DNA of 63,383 nucleotides, filler included, from Reclinomonas americana ATCC 50394 (lineage: Eukaryota): the NCBI GenBank assembly GCA_048213135.1. It is 15 parts of 15 records of this genome, joined end to end, with 100 filler letters (N's around TTAATTAATTAA, not from the genome) between each part and the next. Parts side by side here need not be neighbours in the genome. Positions count along the whole stretch, not along the records: positions 56,322 to 59,239 come from AFZH01022353.1; positions 59,340 to 63,383 come from AFZH01022354.1; 13 more parts are not named here. One strand, given 5' to 3'. The notes under the pieces are model-generated. The model did not search any database. It was not told where the DNA came from and saw nothing but the letters and a program-made list of their open reading frames with translations. This document shows, piece by piece, positions 56,908 to 63,383 of the stretch. The position numbers and the translations under genes were made by a program. Each line of letters starts with the position of its first letter. Position 1 is the stretch's first letter.

Positions 56908-59170
56908 TCAGATAGTAATATCTGCGTATCGCCGCTCCTTTTGCCGCTTCGCCCGGATGTACGCGATTGTGTTCTCGTAGAAGACCCGTGTCGCCGCACT
57001 TTCTTCCGACGGCGCATCGGCGTCTGCTGAGATGTTGGTGTTGACCAGGTCCAGCAGCTTGGTCAGGAACACGCTCGTCACCTACGACACGAACAGACCG
57101 CAAGCCTCGAATATTCAGAAGCAAACTCAAAAAAATATGAGGTCTTCAGAGTCGCACAACCACTCGCCTTTTCGTTTTCCTGGTCAAAGTGGTACAAATA
57201 CTTGTTGAGAATCTCCACAAACAGCGGGAACTGATGGGCCAACATGCAGTGGTCGGCCAGCTTGAGACTGCGTTGCAGGCATTCCAGCACACGGCCGTCG
57301 TTCATGTGCGACTCGACTTGTGGCTTCCAAAACAGGTGAGAGCAGGTGTATGCCGCGCGACACTGATCCTGCTTCTTGAGCAGCTTGACGCTGTACTGGC
57401 ACGTCTTGGTCGACAGCGTGTCATAGTTCTCCTCCGAGAGATTCACCATACGGCCCAGTGTGCCTGAGGAGTTGTTTGCCGCGTAGGCGAATGTGAGACA
57501 GACTTGTCGAAAGCACAACAACGGGGACACGGAGAGAGACGCACCGACAAAGAGCTGCAGAAGCGCCAGCTGGGTCTTCGAGTCGCTGATTTCCTCTTCA
57601 TAGATGAGGAACGACTGAGCCATGAACTCGTAAGCCAGCTTTTCCATGTGACACGCGTCAGCCACCTGAGCGCACTGCAGGTGTAGCCGCAGCGCCAGCT
57701 CGGCACGCTCGTGGGCGAGGACCTCGAGAATCTCGAGAACGTACTGGAAGATCTTGTCGAGCGATTCTGCGCAGTATACATGCATGCATTTTGTGTTAGG
57801 AATGATTCAACACTATTGGCGGACAGGAAACGAAACGTTGATCGGGGGCGCGTGCATCATCTTCTCCCTGTTGGCCGTTAGTATCGGCTGCACCGCTGCC
57901 TGAAGCAGCACCTTCGGTGTTGCTTCCACTGATGACAGCGTACGTGCGAGAGGCGAGACGCAGGTAGGCGAAAACGAGCGGCGTCAGGGTGAACACCAGT
58001 CGGCGCGTGCCTCCACGACCAAAGGTGCGTCTTGCTGATGCCAAAATCGCAAAATACACGGCAGGGTCCGATGAGTTGAACAAGTTGACCAGTCGCGCCA
58101 CCACGTTTTGCTCCTCCTCGAATTCCTACAGCGGACGTCCAGTGGTGTTAGCCGAGTACGCTAGACACGCGCGAAATCCCCCGCCTCACACACTTGACTG
58201 TATATGCATACCTCATCCATTTCCTCCTCTGGTGGCTGGTCCGGTTCGGAGCGCACCAATGGCCTGATGTACTCGAAAAAGCGATTCACTTCCTCCACGC
58301 TAGCCACTGGATGGCCGTACTTGAGCGCGTTCTTTGCGAATTCGAGGGCCACCTCCTTTCGACTGGCATACGGCAACGTCTCGAACAGAGGCAGGTAGTT
58401 TTGGAGCAGCAGCACCTGCAGAGGGAGCGCTCACAGTCAACGCACTGCGCGCAGATCACCAGAACCTCCGCATTCGTGACGAGAAAGACAAACCTTCAAG
58501 ACATTTTTGTAGGCCACCACCGGAATGGAAAGAATCTGCACCACCAGTCGCACAAAAGGTGTCGATTGTGCGCTGCGTAGACGAGTGCGAATGATGAGTG
58601 TGTCAGACAGCCAAGTCAGTGAACTGGGAACACACCGATCGGGGTTCTTCTTGAGCTCGGCAACGCACAACGCCATGGTGTTGTCCACGTATTCCACGCG
58701 GTCCGGGTAGCAGCGAAGGGCGAGATTCAGCAGCGACACCAGCAAGCTCAGTGTTCCCTTGCTGTCGATCGCCAGCGAGGATCTCTGCAGAGTACATGCA
58801 CATGGGCGGTGAATCGTAGGCTGCAGAATAGGCCAATGACATGGAGACCCATCTCAATGCAAACCTGGATGAGCTGGTTGACGAAATGAGAAAAGATCTT
58901 GAAAATGTCAACCGACTCCGCAAAGAGTGCACGGTTCTCCTCGGCGTAGTTCGCCAGTCGGTCCATGAGGGAGATGGCGATGTTCTGCAGGTCGACACCT
59001 GGCTGGAGTCCGAGGCACGTCTGCATGAGGTGGTCCAGAGTTGCCAGGTGGAACTCGTCGGGGAACACTTGAATGATGGACTCCATGAGATACTGCTGCG
59101 CAATCTGATCCTTGTGAGACAACACCTGCTCCGTCAGCCTGCCCAAGAGACTCTGTGCGACGACGGCTGC
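56908..59170 (-). CDS. VPS35: Retromer subunit VPS35, central and C-terminal exons
   Basis: KDQIAQQYLMESIIQVFPDEFHL, EEQNVVARLV, YEFM.Q.F.IYEEEISDSK.Q, KLLKKQDQCRA, RVLECLQRSLK, LFVEILNKYLY. Confidence 0.96.
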
Positions 59171-59339
59171 TGAGTGAGCAATGGAGGAACTCATGTGGTG
59201 CACAAGGACAACAGCACCAAACCTCGGTGTAGAGCTTTTNNNNNNNNNNNNNNNNNNNNNNNNNNNNNNNNNNNNNNNNNNNNTTAATTAATTAANNNNN
59301 NNNNNNNNNNNNNNNNNNNNNNNNNNNNNNNNNNNNNNN

Positions 59340-60004
59340 GACGCACCCCTCGTACTGGTTGCCGACGTCGGGCAGCTTGTCCTTGGTGCACTGCAGGAGG
59401 TAGTTGCGCAGGAAGAGGCCGCGGAGCGGGTGCTGTACACCCTTGCACATCTCCGCCAGGTCCTTGAGAATGTCACGCGCAGGCGCTTGCTTGCTGCGAA
59501 TGTACACGCTGCCGACAGTAACCAGCAAATACCTGCGCCACGAACATCCACTGCGTGGTGGGCAACATGCAGAGACCGCGTGTAGAAATGCGAGTGTACG
59601 CAACAGACGAGGAACAATGTTGCCTGCATGCTGGGCAATCTCATACAGCTCCTCGACACTGGCACCACGCACTGAGTGCTCATCCCAGAAATGCTCCTCC
59701 AGATGCCGCATTGCGTCGCACACTTGCATGTAGAGCGCATAATAGTTGCGGGGCGTCAAGAGCGACGTGCGCAGCTCATTGAGCAAGTTATTGGCGTGCA
59801 CGAGGGCCTTCTTCAGGTGTTGTTGGTCCTACGCATACCACCCCTCCGCGGTCAGCGAGGCGGCAAGCGTCGTAGTGGTGATTTGGCGTGAAGAGACAAG
59901 ACACTCACCAATTCACGCTGCATGAAGAAGCCCTGCTGCTGCACGATCTTGACGGCCTCATCGAACCAGATCTTCTGCTGCTGTTCCGCAGTCAGCTCGG
60001 TCTC
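59340..60004 (-). CDS. VPS35: Retromer subunit VPS35, N-terminal exons
   Basis: [54 protein letters not shown]; first exon not located. Confidence 0.95.
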
Positions 60005-60523
60005 CTGTGCACAGCGAGTGAGTGAACAGCCATGGCCATGGCACAAGGAGGAGGTCTGACACACGCGCCCAAATTCACATGCAAGGAACCACAACCCACA
60101 CACACGCGCGAGAGTACACATTCACAGATATGCACGTCGTCAACGTGCACACAACACCACGATGCTGTGAATGCAGACAAGCAAGCAAGGAGAAACCTCG
60201 CACACTTTTTGAGCCAAATTCCGACACGGAACTCATGCACTTGACTCCACCCAAACAACACACACATCGAGGAGAAAGGAGCACATGAGCGGGGGAGCGA
60301 GAAGAGCAAAGAGAAAAGTGTGCGTCACACGGAGGAAATTGCACACGCACGACACACTTGCAGAAAAATACACACGTGCGCGCATAAACACGAGGGAGCG
60401 GGGGTGGAGGAGGAGGGTGTGAGGGGGCAGAGAGCGTGCAAGGCGAACCTGCGGCTTGCGCGCGGCTGACATTTCCAATTGCAAACAATGCAAATGAAAT
60501 TTCATTCTCTTCTTCTTGTGTGC

Positions 60524-62420
60524 ATGATGTCGCGCGGTGGAGGCGGTTCGCTGCTGTCGCTCATCACACCGCGAGTGACACTTGTGCTTGTGTGTGTGGC
60601 AGCGGTTCTTGGATTGGTCACTCTTGCATTGCTATCGCGGACAAGAGGTGATGATGCATTGGCGACGGCTGTGCAGCAGGTTCGATCATTGTTTTTCTGC
60701 GAGAGAAAGCGAGGGTGAGATTGTGTTTCATGTGAGATGCGACTCGATAGCCGCGGCGATCGCGATGGTCGGCGTGGACGTATGCACATGAGTTCGTGCA
60801 GGAGGAAGACGCGGAGCAGGTGACGTTGTTCTTTTGCGTTGCTTGTGGTGCAGAGATTGAGAAGCTGATTGTGGGCGGGAGAGAGGTGCAGACGGTGGTG
60901 GACGATGAGTGTCGGCGATTGTGTGTGGATTTGCCGAGTGTGTGGCCGAGCAATGTCGAGTGCGATTGCTCGTATGTGGACGCGGATTTCGTGCGGCGTG
61001 GTCGGGAGATGCATGCGCCGCCGATGCCCAACACGGCGGGTGTGCTGCAAGAGGTGTACAGAAAGGGCTCCATGAAGCAGGAGACGTGTCGTGCGACGGA
61101 ACGCTTCTTGTGGCAAATGGTCGGCGCGCGACGTGATGTGGCGGGCGAGTTGCAGGCGTCGGTTGGTGACGTTGACCACCCGCAGCCGCTGCGCGGTCTG
61201 TTCAGCACGTTCAGAGAGTCGCCTCAGGTGTTGTTGCGCCTGGCGGCCCGGCTTGAGCAGCACGTGCTGGTGCCGGAGCATCGCCTGGTGGTGTTTACCG
61301 CCCTCACGTTGCGAGCGCCAGCCGGCGACAGCCGCGACAAGGTGCGGGCGTGGGAACTGATGTTGCGCAACTGGCTCAAGGCGCACTCGCTTGCGCATGC
61401 CGGCTACGTGCCACTGGTTGTGTGCACCGATGATTACACGTACCATCGAGTGGTGCAGTTGGCCGGTGGAGACGCACGAGTGGCGCTGTTGGACGCAACG
61501 CAGTGGTGTGTATGTGAGAGAGAAAGAGAGCGCGCGTGCTGCGCTCTCCACCGCTGCTTGCTTCATGGTCGTCCTCAATTGGTGCACCGCAGGTGGGTCG
61601 GCAAAGGCAAAGTCGGTGGCGATCTGCACAACTTGGACGTCTCGCTCAACATGAAGTGGATGTACGCCTACATGATGGTGCGCTGCGGCTTCCAGCCGCT
61701 GTACATGGACATTGATGCGCTGCCGCTGCGCGACTTCCGCACGGCCATGGATGTCATTCTGCCACTCAAGGACGTCGATTTCCTGGGCCAGGCCGACTGC
61801 TACGACAACTGCTCGCCGATGCGCACACTGCACGCGACACCGACAGAGCGTGTGTCGCGACCGTTCGACTACCCGCCCTCGCCGTGTGCGTTCTCGGGCT
61901 ACCCGAACTGCTCTGAGAATCAGCGACATTTCTGCATCAATGGAGGGGTGAGGAGAGCAAAAGATGTGTTTGCATGTGTGCGTCGTGCTCTTCTTACCTG
62001 CAAGTATTTTTTTCGCAGACGTGGACTTTCCGACCGAATGTCTACTCGCTGCGGTTCCTCACGCAAATGATCGACATGCTGCACGGCGACTGGACGTGGT
62101 TCGAGCAGGATCTCGTCAACTTCCTCGCCGACTATCACGTGCGACTCGGCCGGCTGCGTTTCGACTGGTTCGACATGCTCCGCATCAATCACCACATTGG
62201 ATACGACAACCTGGCGAAGCGCGAAGTGGCGCTGCTGCCACTGAGCGAGCGCGTGACGGTGCGTAAATCTTATATGTTGTGTGCGTTTGACAGCTCACAC
62301 TCACCGGTGTGCCGCCAGATGCACGTCATGGGTGTGTGGTTCGACAAAATCAAGCTGATGAAGGCCTTCCACGTGTGGATCCTCGATGAAGTGGAAGAGG
62401 CCAATCACCCGCCTCCATGA
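60524..62420 (+). CDS. Type II membrane nucleotide-diphospho-sugar transferase (GT77-like)
   Basis: N-terminal TM anchor, YMDIDA (DxD), INGG.W, EQD..N, H......K...MK....W. Confidence 0.7.
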
Positions 62421-63332
62421 CGGATGATGCCGTTCATCTAATGGGAGAAGCTGCTGCGTTCAACCAGCTGGGGCAGCATGCTACCGCGACGGCATTGTCG
62501 AAAGCATCACACACCAGCAAGGGCCGATTGGTTGTAACGACCGACCACCGACTCTGAAGAAACGGGAATAACAAGCATTTTGCTGGATTCCACGTGAAAA
62601 AATGAACTCCACGACTGAGCGGAGACTTGTTGGCGATCACTGGTAGATGCTCATTGTTGTGTATGGATCAGTGAAGTTTCTATTATATATTAACAACAAC
62701 AACTTTACTAATCCAAACAGCAACACAGCTGCATGATGATCACCATCTTGAGTGAAAGAAACGTGTCCACGCCCGGGCTTATATCATCACGAACCAAAAT
62801 GTAATCGCAAGCGATTTGCAGATCGATACTTCAACTTGTTGATCCGATTTTGTGTTGCCTAGTCGCTAATCTTCTGACTGTCACATGATCGTTAATTCTG
62901 ACAGATTGTCGTGGCTATCAAGGTCAACTTTCCGATGTAGCTGCTGCTGCATCCTTCACACCCGGCCGCGGAAAAACCGATCCAGTTTTCGATATTAGTC
63001 TCAGCTGCGTTTTTGAGGGATTCATCTTGGACATGGAACATTATCGAAGCAATCACTACGATACAATTGCTACTCACAGCTAGACCAACAATTCTCTTGC
63101 AGAAACGCCAGTATAAAAAGTCATAATGCATTTCGATTTTTCTCGCATTTCCTCGATATCTCAGTTTCTGGTGCTGACTCAAGACGATGAACATCATGCA
63201 GCTGCGTTGCTGTTTGGATTAGTAAAGTTGTTGTTGTTGTTGTCGTTGCTGTCCACTGTGGGTTCGAACCAATGGACAGTTTGCCTCATGACGTCATGCG
63301 TCGTTGATCGATTTTGTTTGTGAGTGCGCGCG

Positions 63333-63383
63333 ATGCCGCCCAAGAAGAAGTCCAAGGAGGAGGAAGACGCAGCGGCCGCGGCA
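63333..63383 (+). CDS. Start of a gene (MPPKKKSKEEED...), runs off the window
   Basis: ATG and the common MPPKK start; only 17 codons visible. Confidence 0.4.
   Translation, partial: MPPKKKSKEEEDAAAAA

Noticed and set aside
62434..63323. Short ORFs in the AT-richer stretch after the glycosyltransferase
   Set aside because: No recognisable motifs or consistent exon structure; treated as intergenic or unresolved

Overview
The window is not one continuous locus. It is 15 sequence pieces joined by 14 identical 100-nt artificial spacers (44 N + TTAATTAATTAA + 44 N). Positions 1-20985 and 51168-63383 come from a GC-rich, gene-dense, intron-rich eukaryote, probably a protist (taxon not determinable here). 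Its genes include a WD40 protein, glucose-6-phosphate 1-epimerase, MCM3, a Tom40-like porin, a SET/Rubisco-LSMT methyltransferase, a DHHC palmitoyltransferase, USP, aldehyde dehydrogenase, a cadherin-repeat protein, an F-box/LRR protein, VPS35 and a GT77-like glycosyltransferase. Positions 21086-51067 come from an alphaproteobacterium (Hyphomicrobiales, Bosea-like by inference). They hold ABC transporters, regulators, a PAS hybrid kinase and a decaying accessory island with an IS3 element, defence-like and copper genes, an FkbH/ACP/WcbI module and many deletion-fused gene remnants. The most striking signal is in the eukaryotic introns. Reconstructing genes by hand gives about 23 introns, in 8 unrelated genes, whose 5' splice site is GTTGCG. 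This is the organism's normal GTGCG donor with one extra T, so the conserved G sits at +6 instead of +5. All but one follow an exon ending in A, C or T, whereas exons ending in G almost always use canonical +5G donors. This looks like an abundant shifted-register donor class. The ALDH gene also has about 30 introns and a run of 3-16 nt microexons, including a 3-nt exon needed to restore the conserved Trp. All gene models were made by eye and need RNA-seq confirmation.
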